The notes beneath the pieces were generated by a model that saw only the letters and a program-made list of their open reading frames with translations, had not been told where the DNA came from and did no database searches. A DNA stretch of 64,000 bases from Candidatus Kerfeldbacteria bacterium (GTDB lineage: Bacteria > Patescibacteriota > Patescibacteriia > SBBC01): positions 2,479 through 66,478 of the forward strand of contig JACQPY010000017.1 of assembly GCA_016207275.1 (NCBI GenBank). The letters are read 5' to 3'. The translations under genes were made by a program, and so were the position numbers. Positions 45,355-54,935 of this stretch are shown here, piece by piece (the first letter of the stretch is position 1; every line of letters starts with the position of its first letter).

Positions 45355-46950
45355 TTGGTTATTCTGCCAAGCCTGATTTTGGCCGTGTTGGTAGTTCGTC
45401 CGGCAGTCGCCGCGACACCGATCAAGACCGTTAATTTTTCTGAGACGACCTACACCCGTGGATTTTCATTTACCGACGAGACTGACCAGTTTCGGCTGAT
45501 CGTCGAGCCCGATACCTTCAGTGGACCGGCGACGCTGTCGATCGACCAGCTCGACACCGATACGTTGCCCGCATGGGCTAACCGAACTCGACAGACCGCA
45601 GCCTGGCGGGTGACCGTCACCAGCGCTGTTGACCTGACCCTACGTCAGCCGATCCAGTTTGAGTTTACCGTACCCGACGCCGGTTTAGTTACCGACGTTG
45701 GCAAACTGCTGGCTGACGGCTCGGGCTGGGAGCCGTTGGGTTTTGCCGTCCGCGCTGACGGAAGGCGGGCGAGCGCAGCTGACGATCAGCTCAGTTTTAC
45801 CGTCGGCCTATTTCAGCGGGCAGGCGTGATGGAGGGTGTGGCTACCTACTACGGAACCTATACGCGGACCACTCGCTTGACGATGGTAGCCGCTTCAAAT
45901 CATTTTCCCAACGGCACGGTTCTGCGCGTCACTAACCTCGACAGCGGCAAAGTGGTTACGGTCAAAGTGGTCGACACCGGCGCATTTCGCTATCCGCGGG
46001 TGATCGATCTCTCGACCCCGGCCTTTGCCAAAATTCAACCGACCTGGAAAGGGGTGGCTCGTGTTCACGTGGAGAAAGCCACGCCCTGGAACCGGCCGTC
46101 AGCCACGATTGACGAAGGCGGCGACCAACCCGCCGTTGGCGCGCCGGTCTCCGACGGTGCCACCCCACCAACGACCGCGGCCACGGCTTCGATCGTGGTC
46201 GATGCCGCCAGCGGCGCCAGGTTGGTTGGCAAAAAAACATCAACCGCCATGCCCATCGCGAGCTTGACGAAGGTGGTCACGGCGGCCGTCTTCCTCGACA
46301 CCAAGCCTGACCTGACCCAAGTCGTCTCCTATGATGCCGCGGATAACACGATCTGCAGTTGTCTGCGCCTGGCCGACGGCGAACAGGTAACCCTAAAAGA
46401 TTTGCTGTTTGCCTCGCTCGTCGGCTCGGCCAACAACGCCACGCTGGCCATCGTTCGGGCCACCGGGCTGTCGCGGCCAGAGTTTGTTAACCGGATGAAC
46501 GCCAAAGCCGCCGCGCTCGGCCTGCAGCAGACGTTTTTCGTTGATCCGACCGGCCTCCTGGCCGGTAACGTCAGTACGACCGAGGATGTGGCAGTGATGG
46601 GCCGGCTCATCCCTGATCAGTACGCCGCCATTGGGAAGGCGCTGAGCAGCCGCAGCTACTGGTTTCGCTCAAAGAACGACGTCTGCCAGCCAGGATTTAA
46701 AGGTGATCATGACCAGTGCGAGCACCGCATCCAGAGCACGAACAAGCTGCATGGCAAAACCTCGTTCGACATTGTCGCCGCCAAGACCGGCTACATTGAC
46801 GAGGCGCGGCACACCCTTTTGCTCCGTGGAAAAAATAAGGCCGGTCACGAAGTCGTGTTGGTCTTCTTGCGTGTCTACCGCAAAGCCGACAGCTTCGCGC
46901 ACGCCAACGCGCTGATCGATTGGACCTTCGAACATTTCCGGTGGACCTAA
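45355..46950 (+). CDS. RlpA-like DPBB domain fused to D-alanyl-D-alanine carboxypeptidase (S11, PBP5/6-like)
   Basis: Signal peptide LVILPSLILAVLVVRPAVAA. DPBB region (TVLRVTNLDSGKVVTVKVVDTG). S11 motifs SLTK, SxN, KTG. The start at 45355 (TTG) is tentative. The ORF track extends the frame back to 44794 through tRNA-derived sequence. Confidence 0.7.
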   Translation: MVILPSLILAVLVVRPAVAATPIKTVNFSETTYTRGFSFTDETDQFRLIVEPDTFSGPATLSIDQLDTDTLPAWANRTRQTAAWRVTVTSAVDLTLRQPIQFEFTVPDAGLVTDVGKLLADGSGWEPLGFAVRADGRRASAADDQLSFTVGLFQRAGVMEGVATYYGTYTRTTRLTMVAASNHFPNGTVLRVTNLDSGKVVTVKVVDTGAFRYPRVIDLSTPAFAKIQPTWKGVARVHVEKATPWNRPSATIDEGGDQPAVGAPVSDGATPPTTAATASIVVDAASGARLVGKKTSTAMPIASLTKVVTAAVFLDTKPDLTQVVSYDAADNTICSCLRLADGEQVTLKDLLFASLVGSANNATLAIVRATGLSRPEFVNRMNAKAAALGLQQTFFVDPTGLLAGNVSTTEDVAVMGRLIPDQYAAIGKALSSRSYWFRSKNDVCQPGFKGDHDQCEHRIQSTNKLHGKTSFDIVAAKTGYIDEARHTLLLRGKNKAGHEVVLVFLRVYRKADSFAHANALIDWTFEHFRWT

Positions 46951-46962
46951 GTTCTGGCGGCG

Positions 46963-47643
46963 ATGATTACGTTCAACAAGGTCACGAAACTCTATCAGAA
47001 AGAGATCGTTGGCGTTCGCGACGTTAGCCTAACGATCGATCCGGGCGAGTTCGTTTCGATCGTCGGACAGTCGGGCTCGGGCAAAACGACCATGGCTAAG
47101 CTGATCATCGCGGAAGAACGTCCGACCGCCGGCCAGATGATTATCGGCGACTGGGACATCACCGACATTGCGCACCGCGACATCCCGTTTTTACGGCGGC
47201 AGATCGGCGTGGTCTTCCAGGACTTTAAACTCTTGCCGCGTAAAACGGTTTTTGAAAACGTGGCCTTTGCCTTAGAGGTTTCTGGCACCACGAATGAGCA
47301 GATTCGAATCATCGTGCCGCAGGTTTTGAAGATTGTCGGGCTGGAAACGAAAGCCGACCGCTTTCCGCACCAACTGTCGGGCGGCGAACAGCAACGCGTG
47401 GTGATCGCCCGATCGCTCGTGCACCGGCCGAAGATTTTGGTGGCCGACGAACCAACGGGTAACCTCGACTCGATCAATGCCCAGGAAATTATCGATCTCC
47501 TCAAGCGGATTAACTCTTTCGGTACGACGGTGGTTCTGGTAACCCACAACCGCGAAATCGTTAACACCTTGCGCAAGCGGGTAATCACGCTTGATCACGG
47601 TCAGGTCATCGCTGACCAAAAGAGCGGTAAATACATTCTCTAG
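46963..47643 (+). CDS. ftsE: cell-division ABC ATPase FtsE
   Basis: Walker A GQSGSGKTT, ABC signature LSGGEQQRV. Confidence 0.9.
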   Translation: MITFNKVTKLYQKEIVGVRDVSLTIDPGEFVSIVGQSGSGKTTMAKLIIAEERPTAGQMIIGDWDITDIAHRDIPFLRRQIGVVFQDFKLLPRKTVFENVAFALEVSGTTNEQIRIIVPQVLKIVGLETKADRFPHQLSGGEQQRVVIARSLVHRPKILVADEPTGNLDSINAQEIIDLLKRINSFGTTVVLVTHNREIVNTLRKRVITLDHGQVIADQKSGKYIL

Positions 47644-47644
47644 T

Positions 47645-48565
47645 ATGCTGACCTCGTTGGTTCGCGTTAGTCGGTTCGCCGTCCAGAACTTCTGGCGCGA
47701 TATCTGGCTGTCGTCCGTGACGATCGTCATCTTCGTCCTGGCCATTACCTTGGTCGGCGTCCTCTCCGGTGTCAAAGTGATTACCGATCAGGCGATCCAG
47801 GTGCTCCGTTCGAAGGTTGACGTAACCATCACGTTTAAATCGGGCACCCCCGAGCAAACGGCCCTTGACCTAAAAACCAAACTCGAAACGCTGCCGGAGA
47901 CCACCGCCGTCAGCTACACCAGCGCTGATGAGAACCTCGAAATATTCAAGCAGCTCCACGCCAATGATCCGACGGTGCTGGAAAGCACGGCCGCGCTCGA
48001 TCGAAATCCGTTCGGACCCTCGGTCAAGGTAGCGGCTCGTTCGCTCGAAGCGTATCCCCGGATCGCCAAAGTTTTCGAGGACGAATCATTCGCCAGCGTC
48101 ATCGAAGTCGGCAGTCGCTCGCTGGAGTCCAACCAGCTGGCCATTCAGAAACTGTCGTCTTTTACCCGTAACCTCAACCGGTTCAGCCTGGCCCTGACCA
48201 TAGTGTTTGCGTTAATCGCCACCCTGGTGGTGGTCAATACCATGCGCATTGCCATGTATGCCCACCGCGAAGAGATCGGAATCATGAAACTTGTCGGCGC
48301 GACCAACTGGTTTGTCCGCGGACCGTTTTTGGTCGAGAGCATTTTGATCGGCGTCTTGGCCGCGTTGCTGGCATCGCTGATTCTGCTGGGCGGGATTAGT
48401 CTGCTGTCCGGCTGGTTTGATACGCTCTTCCAGGGATACGATGTGCGCATGGCGACCTACCTGACGTCGCACTTTTTTGCGATTTTCTGGGGACCGTTAC
48501 TCGGGGCGGTGGTCTTGTCGATTATCAGCGCCGGTATTGCGGTCGGACGGTACTTGAAGGTGTAG
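47645..48565 (+). CDS. ftsX: cell-division permease FtsX
   Basis: 4-TM FtsX topology. ATG directly follows the ftsE stop. Confidence 0.85.
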   Translation: MLTSLVRVSRFAVQNFWRDIWLSSVTIVIFVLAITLVGVLSGVKVITDQAIQVLRSKVDVTITFKSGTPEQTALDLKTKLETLPETTAVSYTSADENLEIFKQLHANDPTVLESTAALDRNPFGPSVKVAARSLEAYPRIAKVFEDESFASVIEVGSRSLESNQLAIQKLSSFTRNLNRFSLALTIVFALIATLVVVNTMRIAMYAHREEIGIMKLVGATNWFVRGPFLVESILIGVLAALLASLILLGGISLLSGWFDTLFQGYDVRMATYLTSHFFAIFWGPLLGAVVLSIISAGIAVGRYLKV

Positions 48566-48610
48566 GCTGCGGTTTGAAGATTAACGATTTAAGCTACGCG
48601 AGGTTCGAGG

Positions 48611-49915
48611 TTGGTGAGCGACCGTAAAGATTTCCGTCTTCAGGATGCTGCGCAGTGTATTGGCCAGGACGTGACCGTCCGTGGTTGGGCCTATAATGTT
48701 CGTTCGTCCGGAAGCATTATCTTTTTGCAGCTGCGCGACGGCCGCGGCACGATTCAGGCGGTGGTGACGAAAGCTGCCGTTGAAGCGGGATCGTGGCAGG
48801 CGGCGCAAGCCGTCACCATCGAATCAAGCGTGGTGATCAGCGGGACCATCCGGGCGGATCAGCGCAGTGCCGAGGGGGTAGAGTTGGAAGCATCAGAGGT
48901 AGTGGTAGTCCAACGTGCCGAGGAGTATCCGCTTGGCAAGAAGGAGCACGGCACCGATTTTTTGCTGGACCACCGCCACCTCTGGCTGCGCAGCAAGCGT
49001 CAGCGGGCGATTCTACTGGTCCGCGATACCATTGTCCGGGCCATGCGCGAGACGATGCACCGCCTCGATTTTATCCTGACCGATTCGCCGATTCTGACGC
49101 CAACCGCCGCCGAGGGCACGACCACGCTGTTTACCACCGACTACTTCGGCGAACCCGCCTACCTCGCTCAGACCGGGCAGTTGTACCTCGAAGCCACGGC
49201 CGCCGCCCTCGGTCGCGTCTACGACTTCGGACCGACCTTCCGGGCGGAGAAGTCAAAAACCAGACGGCACTTGACCGAGTTCTGGATGCTCGACGCCGAA
49301 GCCGCCTTTGTCGAGTTCGATCAGAATCTGGAGATTCAGGAACAGCTGGTCCTCGGCATTCTGCATTTCGTTTTAGCGGAACGCCGCGAGGAGTTGAAGG
49401 TGTTGGAACGCGATCCAAAACCTTTGGAATCAATCGCGGCCCCATTTCCTCGCGTACGCTACACTGAAGCCGTGGCCAAACTACAGGCCGACGGTGCAAC
49501 CATCACCGACGGTGACGACCTCGGCGGCGATGAGGAAACATTGCTGTCGCAGCAGTCTGGTCAGCCGCAGTTCATCACCCACTACCCGGCGAACATCAAG
49601 GCGTTCTACATGAAACCGGATCCGGCCGATTCGCGTTTCGTCCTCAACGCCGACCTGCTTGCCCCCGAGGGCTACGGTGAAATTATTGGCGGCTCGCAGC
49701 GTATTGACGACCTGAAACTTCTCCAGCAGCGTTTACGTCAACACCACCTGCCGGAGGCAGACTACCAGTGGTACCTCGACCTCCGTCGTTTCGGTAGCTT
49801 CCCGCACTCGGGTTTTGGCATTGGCTTGGAGCGACTGGTCACCTGGATTTGTCGCCTCGACCACGTCCGCGAGAGCGTTCCGTTTCCCCGGTTGCTCAAT
49901 CGTTTACGACCCTAG
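48611..49915 (+). CDS. asnS: asparaginyl-tRNA synthetase
   Basis: Class IIb. Motif 2 FRAEKSKTRRHLTEFWMLDAE. Confidence 0.85.
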   Translation: MVSDRKDFRLQDAAQCIGQDVTVRGWAYNVRSSGSIIFLQLRDGRGTIQAVVTKAAVEAGSWQAAQAVTIESSVVISGTIRADQRSAEGVELEASEVVVVQRAEEYPLGKKEHGTDFLLDHRHLWLRSKRQRAILLVRDTIVRAMRETMHRLDFILTDSPILTPTAAEGTTTLFTTDYFGEPAYLAQTGQLYLEATAAALGRVYDFGPTFRAEKSKTRRHLTEFWMLDAEAAFVEFDQNLEIQEQLVLGILHFVLAERREELKVLERDPKPLESIAAPFPRVRYTEAVAKLQADGATITDGDDLGGDEETLLSQQSGQPQFITHYPANIKAFYMKPDPADSRFVLNADLLAPEGYGEIIGGSQRIDDLKLLQQRLRQHHLPEADYQWYLDLRRFGSFPHSGFGIGLERLVTWICRLDHVRESVPFPRLLNRLRP

Positions 49916-49918
49916 ACC

Positions 49919-50530
49919 ATGGCGACTCGACGACCCTGGTACGCCGTCCCCCTGACGCTGTTGGTTATTGGTACGGCCCTGGCCGGCCTGGCTTTCTGGC
50001 GCATCCTCAATCGTCCGTCCTCGCCATCGACCAACCTCAACGCGAACCAGCGGGTGGTGGCGCCGGACAGCCAGTGCGGTGACGGCATTTGTCAGGATGT
50101 GGCTTGCTTGTCGACCGGCTGTCCGGTTCCGGAGACGCCGGCTACCTGTCCAGCGGACTGCGCCAGCGATGTCGTCGAGAGTACCGGCTCGGGCGGCGCA
50201 AATGAGAATGCTCAGGTTAACCAAAACATCAATGCCGCCGGCGGGGCACTCGATTTTGCGCTCGAGGAGCAGACCCTCGAGCAGAAGCGAACCTGCCCGC
50301 TTGAGGACGCCAACCTGACGCCAGCTGAAGCAGTCGCCCTGGCCCAGCGAGCCGGCCTGATGCAAGGCACCGGCGACGTCAACGTGCGTCTGACCATCTA
50401 CCCGCCGCCGCTCGAACAGTGCGTGTGGTACGTCAAAAACTACCTGACGGCTTCAAGCGGTCGTCAGGTCGTAATCATTGACGCGACTCAGGAAATCTAC
50501 TTGAATGCCGACTGGAAGGACGGCCGATGA
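49919..50530 (+). CDS. membrane-anchored Cys-rich hypothetical protein
   Basis: N-terminal TM followed by CGDGICQDVACLSTGCP...CPADC cluster. Confidence 0.45.
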   Translation: MATRRPWYAVPLTLLVIGTALAGLAFWRILNRPSSPSTNLNANQRVVAPDSQCGDGICQDVACLSTGCPVPETPATCPADCASDVVESTGSGGANENAQVNQNINAAGGALDFALEEQTLEQKRTCPLEDANLTPAEAVALAQRAGLMQGTGDVNVRLTIYPPPLEQCVWYVKNYLTASSGRQVVIIDATQEIYLNADWKDGR

Positions 50531-51165
50531 CGTTTGACCTGTCGGTCGCTTGGTTCCGCTTTGCCACGACTGCCAACTTCAGTTCGATGCTCTTTGCCCT
50601 GCTGTTCCTGGTGTTCGGTTTAGCGCTGTACCGACGTAAGACCGTTGACAGTCGGTTCGGTCAGCGCTTGTGGTTGTGGTTTTTTGTGATCACGCTGGTC
50701 CAGCTGATCGCCGTCGCGGCCACCTTTTGGATCGAATGGCACAAATCATCCTGCGGCGCGGCTTGTCGTTACTTTTTTCCGCCCTACTCGAACTATTACT
50801 TCAATGAAGTCATCGTTCGCTGGATTAGTACGTTTGCCTTTAACGCCGTTGTCGGTCTGGTCGGCGGCTTGGTTTTTTTACTCTTTGCCCGCGCCACCCA
50901 CGGTCGCATCATTGACCAGCTCGATGTTGATCTCTTAACGGTTGGCGGAATGGTCGCCGGCTGGCCGAACATCCTGATGTTCTACGCCTTGGTATTTGTT
51001 TTGACCATGATCGTGACGATTGTCCGGGCTATCCACGCACGGTCTGGGACAATTCGCATGATCATCACGCCGATCTTACCCCTGGCCGCGGCGGTCGTCG
51101 CCGCCCTCGGCGATACGCTCGCTCGGTTCTTCCGTCTGTACGAAATCGGTGTGACGTTGTTCTAG
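50527..51165 (+). CDS. polytopic membrane protein (hypothetical)
   Basis: 6+ hydrophobic helices. Confidence 0.45.
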   Translation: MTFDLSVAWFRFATTANFSSMLFALLFLVFGLALYRRKTVDSRFGQRLWLWFFVITLVQLIAVAATFWIEWHKSSCGAACRYFFPPYSNYYFNEVIVRWISTFAFNAVVGLVGGLVFLLFARATHGRIIDQLDVDLLTVGGMVAGWPNILMFYALVFVLTMIVTIVRAIHARSGTIRMIITPILPLAAAVVAALGDTLARFFRLYEIGVTLF

Positions 51166-51210
51166 CGGGGCGAATAAAGTCGGAGAATGTTCCTGGAATC
51201 CTAAGGTAAT

Positions 51211-51912
51211 ATGAATCCCGGACAAGCAGCTGCCGCATTTGTACGTTCTCACCGTCGTGAGCTTATTGAGCGCTTTGCCTCGCTTAGTATCTATTTTCCG
51301 GACGAACAACCGGTTTCATTACTTATGGCGGGCTCTCCTGGCGCAGGGAAGACGGAAACATCAAAGCGCCTAATCAAACGGTTTGAGAAGTCTAAATCGT
51401 TGCCGGTGCGGATCGACGCTGATGAAATCCGCGATCTCTTCATACCATTCGGGTACAATGGAAGCAATGCCAGTGAATTTCAGACCGCGTCCACACTAGG
51501 TGTTCAAAAATTGTTTGACCACGTTCTCGAAAAAAATTTGAATGTCATTCTTGATACAACGTTTGCGTACGATGGTGCGCTACAAAACGTGCAACGATCT
51601 CTCGACCACGGGCGAAAGGTCGAGGTTTTCTATTTGTATCAAGATCCGCAGTTGGCATGGGATTTTACCAAAAAGAGAGAAGCGCTGGAACATCGGAATG
51701 TTACTCGAGAAGTCTTTATTGACTCTTTCTGTCGAGCTCGCGACAACGTTCGAGAGGCTAAGCGAAGGTTTGCTGAAGCAATCCGGATATATGTCATCGA
51801 GAAAGACGTAAGCAAAGATTTTGAGAAGATTCATGCCGATGTTGACGATATTGACAGGTGGTTACCAAAGCCCTATACTAGGGAAGCGTTAGAAAATATG
51901 CTGTCGAAATGA
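51211..51912 (+). CDS. zeta-toxin family P-loop kinase (UNAG-kinase-like)
   Basis: Walker A GSPGAGKTE at the position expected for PezT/zeta toxins. RIDADEIR motif resembles the zeta ID-D-R catalytic motif. GC ~48%. Confidence 0.7.
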   Translation: MNPGQAAAAFVRSHRRELIERFASLSIYFPDEQPVSLLMAGSPGAGKTETSKRLIKRFEKSKSLPVRIDADEIRDLFIPFGYNGSNASEFQTASTLGVQKLFDHVLEKNLNVILDTTFAYDGALQNVQRSLDHGRKVEVFYLYQDPQLAWDFTKKREALEHRNVTREVFIDSFCRARDNVREAKRRFAEAIRIYVIEKDVSKDFEKIHADVDDIDRWLPKPYTREALENMLSK

Positions 51913-52094
51913 AAGTACTACTCAAGAAGATTTTCGGGAGGCCTAAAGCGCCGAAAACTGGATTTTCTTCGTTTTTTCGAAATGCATCAGAGCAGGAAAA
52001 GAAAAAGCTGATTAAGGAAGTAGTCCGCGAAGCAAATGCGGATCAGCGTAAAATCCTAGAAAAGTACGAACGACAGTTTTCAAAGGCCTCGTAA
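51909..52094 (+). CDS. 61-aa charged helical protein translationally coupled to the zeta-like kinase (candidate partner/antitoxin)
   Basis: ATGA overlap with the upstream stop. GC ~42%. Confidence 0.45.
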   Translation: MKVLLKKIFGRPKAPKTGFSSFFRNASEQEKKKLIKEVVREANADQRKILEKYERQFSKAS

Positions 52095-52120
52095 CGTCAT
52101 CGAGGCCTTTTGTTGTTTTA
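52083..52120 (+). terminator. rho-independent terminator (9-bp GC stem plus U-tract)
   Basis: AAGGCCTCG ... CGAGGCCTT followed by TTGTTGTTTT. Confidence 0.8.
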
Positions 52121-52219
52121 GATAAAAGCAAAATGGTCTTTGCTAATTTTCTTGAAAAATTTTTCTTGGCAAATAAACGAGCCTTCACGCTATCAAAGTT
52201 AAAAAGAAGACGATTCTAG

Positions 52220-52615
52220 GTGTTGATGAAAAAACTCACCATCTTGAGTCGAGAGAAATGTCAGGTGCTTGATATTACCCAACCGGTCGTCGCCGGCGCT
52301 CGGGTCGCGGCCGGCCTGGCCCAGCTATTGGTCACGCACACGACCGCCGCCCTGACCACGGCTGATCTTGATCCCGGTACTGATCTCGATCTGCTCGATG
52401 CCTTGGCGGCGATGGTGCCGAAGCTCAAGTACCGCCACCCGCACGATCCCGGCCACGTCCCTGACCACATCCTGTCAGCGCTGATTGGTACCGCGCTGAC
52501 CGTGCCGATTGAGGCTGGCCGCCTGGTCTTAGGAACGTGGCAGCGGATCGTCCTCGTCGAGTTCGACGGCCCGCGGGAGCGAACAGTCTGCGTCACCGTC
52601 CAGGCGAACGCCTAA
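52220..52615 (+). CDS. YjbQ/UPF0047 family protein (secondary thiamin-phosphate synthase-like)
   Basis: Conserved HTTAAL..., SALIGTALTVP, LGTWQRIVLVEFDGPR motifs. Confidence 0.75.
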   Translation: MLMKKLTILSREKCQVLDITQPVVAGARVAAGLAQLLVTHTTAALTTADLDPGTDLDLLDALAAMVPKLKYRHPHDPGHVPDHILSALIGTALTVPIEAGRLVLGTWQRIVLVEFDGPRERTVCVTVQANA

Positions 52616-52705
52616 CGTACCCGTTTTTTTGCGGATGGACAGGCGAACGCGATGGTTGCGAAACAGCCATGTTCATTGTATAATCTGGCTACCGTTACGC
52701 CTCGT

Positions 52706-54094
52706 ATGCGAAAAACTGACATTGCGCTCACCGCCGGTATGGTCGGCCAGCAGGTAACCTTGGCCGGCTGGGTTCAGGCACGGCGGAACATGGGCAAAAT
52801 CGTGTTTATTGACCTGCGTGACCGCACCGGCATCGTCCAGGTCGTCTTGGGTCAAGCCTTGACGCCGGGAGCAGACGACGTCAAACGACTACGACCCGAG
52901 TTCGTGGTGGAAGTTACCGGCACGGTGGCGGAGCGTCGCGGGGCCGAGGCAAAGGACCAGCCGCTGACGCAGGTGGAAGTGCAGGCCAGCCGCCTCGAGA
53001 TTCTCAATGAGGCTAAGACCCCGCCGTTCGAAATTGCCACCGAAGAACGCCAGGCCCGGGAAGAGCTGCGGTTGCAGTACCGTTATCTCGATTTACGTCA
53101 CCAGCGAATGCAGCGCAATTTGAAACTGCGCCACGACGTCATTCGGTTCATCCGCGAATATCTCAGCAACCTCGGTTTTTTGGAAGTCGAGACGCCCTAC
53201 CTGACGAAAGGCACGCCAGAAGGCGCCCGCGAGTTCATCGTTCCCTCACGCAAGTTTCCCGGGCAGTTTTATACCTTGCCGCAGAGCCCGCAGCAGTTCA
53301 AACAGTTGCTGATGGTCGCTGGGGTCGAGCGTTATTTTCAAATTGCCCGATGTTTTCGCGACGAAGACACACGCGGCGACCGGCAGCCGGAATTTACGCA
53401 GCTCGACTTGGAAATGAGCTTCGTTGACGTTGAAGATGTGCTGCAGCTGACCGAAGATTTATTCACCTCGCTGATCTCCGTGGTCACACCCGACAAGCAC
53501 CTGACCGCGACACCGTGGCCGAGAATTCCGTATGAACAAGCCATGAAAGAGTACGGTACTGATAAGCCTGATCTACGAAAAGACAAAAACGATCCACATG
53601 AGTTGGCGTTTGCGTTTATCGTTGACTTTCCGCTGTTCGAGCATTCGGCCACGGAACAGAAGTTGGTGCCGGTGCATCACCTGTTTACCAGCCCGCGCGA
53701 CGAAGATCTCCCGTTGCTCGAGACTGATCCGGCCAAAGCCAAAGCCAAACAGTACGACGTCGTGCTCAATGGTTTTGAAGTAGCCGGCGGTTCGATCCGT
53801 ATTCATCGCCCTGACATTCAGAAGAAAATCTTTATTATTCTTAAATTGACCGACCAAGAAGTACAGCGCCGCTTCGGTCATATGCTCGAAGCCTTGAGCT
53901 ACGGCGCGCCGCCGCACGGCGGCATTGCTCCGGGTCTGGACCGGCTAGTGGCCGTGCTGGCCAACGAGCCGGACATTCGCGAGGTTATCGCTTTTCCCAA
54001 AACCAGCGACGGCCGTGATGTGATGATGGGCGCCCCGAGCAGGTTACCAGCGGCGCAGCTGGATGAAGTCCACGTACGGATTACGGAGGCGTAA
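52706..54094 (+). CDS. aspS: aspartyl-tRNA synthetase (bacterial-type motifs but short, ~460 aa, no GAD insertion)
   Basis: LPQSPQQFKQLLM, QLDLEMSF, FIVDFPLFE and GGSIRIH motifs. Confidence 0.85.
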   Translation: MRKTDIALTAGMVGQQVTLAGWVQARRNMGKIVFIDLRDRTGIVQVVLGQALTPGADDVKRLRPEFVVEVTGTVAERRGAEAKDQPLTQVEVQASRLEILNEAKTPPFEIATEERQAREELRLQYRYLDLRHQRMQRNLKLRHDVIRFIREYLSNLGFLEVETPYLTKGTPEGAREFIVPSRKFPGQFYTLPQSPQQFKQLLMVAGVERYFQIARCFRDEDTRGDRQPEFTQLDLEMSFVDVEDVLQLTEDLFTSLISVVTPDKHLTATPWPRIPYEQAMKEYGTDKPDLRKDKNDPHELAFAFIVDFPLFEHSATEQKLVPVHHLFTSPRDEDLPLLETDPAKAKAKQYDVVLNGFEVAGGSIRIHRPDIQKKIFIILKLTDQEVQRRFGHMLEALSYGAPPHGGIAPGLDRLVAVLANEPDIREVIAFPKTSDGRDVMMGAPSRLPAAQLDEVHVRITEA

Positions 54095-54396
54095 TGCCGC
54101 CGCGCCTGTCAGGATTACAGCGATTTGCCCTGATTGAGTCGTACAGTCGTCGTCGCGCGCGATTGCCCCGCCAGCTGGTGCACGCCTTCTACAAAAGCAT
54201 GCCGAAGCAACCGAAAGAGGTCCAAGATGTGGTGACGAAATCGCTGGAGAGCTTGATCGACCGGGGTCTGCTGATCGGGTACGGTCGACGGACGCCGAAA
54301 AAGTGGTTTATCGATGAGATTCGTCTGACGGCCGCCGGCCGCAAGCTCGCCCGCCGGCTGCTCGGCGAACAGCTGCGCTTACCGCTGAAGAGTTAA
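54094..54396 (+). CDS. small basic hypothetical protein (possible winged-helix), coupled to aspS
   Basis: TAATG stop/start overlap. Confidence 0.4.
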   Translation: MPPRLSGLQRFALIESYSRRRARLPRQLVHAFYKSMPKQPKEVQDVVTKSLESLIDRGLLIGYGRRTPKKWFIDEIRLTAAGRKLARRLLGEQLRLPLKS

Positions 54397-54422
54397 GAAG
54401 AAATTAACTTCGTGAGGCAGAT

Positions 54423-54935
54423 ATGAAGATTCCAACCAAGGTTGCGGCTTACTTAAAAAAAGCCAAGGTGGCGCACGACGTCGTGCCGCACAAGACCGTG
54501 TTCACGGCCTACGACTTGGGGCAAACGTTGAAGACCAAGCTGGAAAACATTGCCAAGACGCTACTGGTCAGAGTCGACACGACGTACCACTTAGTCGTGT
54601 TGCGGGCCGCTGACCGGCTCGACCTAAAAAAACTCAAGGCCGTGCTGGGCGCCAAGCAGGTCAACATTGCTCGCGAGCAGGACATGGCGCGAGAAATGAA
54701 GGTCAAGCCCGGCGCCTTGACCCCCTTTGGCGGTTTGCACAAGCTCGGCCTGGTCGTTGATCGCAACCTGACTAAGGCCAAGACCGCGCTGTTCGGCAGC
54801 GGCAGCTTCGAGCACTCGATCCGGATGAAAGTCGCCGACTGGCTTAAGCTCGAGCGGCCGAAGACCGGCTCTTTTAGCACGTCAGCCGACCTCAAGCTCC
54901 AAGTCAAACCAACCCGGCCGCCACGGAAGCGATGA
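54423..54935 (+). CDS. YbaK/ProX-type aminoacyl-tRNA trans-editing deacylase
   Basis: YbaK fold pattern (VPHKTV ... KTLLV ... YHLVVL ... GALTPFG). Confidence 0.7.
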   Translation: MKIPTKVAAYLKKAKVAHDVVPHKTVFTAYDLGQTLKTKLENIAKTLLVRVDTTYHLVVLRAADRLDLKKLKAVLGAKQVNIAREQDMAREMKVKPGALTPFGGLHKLGLVVDRNLTKAKTALFGSGSFEHSIRMKVADWLKLERPKTGSFSTSADLKLQVKPTRPPRKR

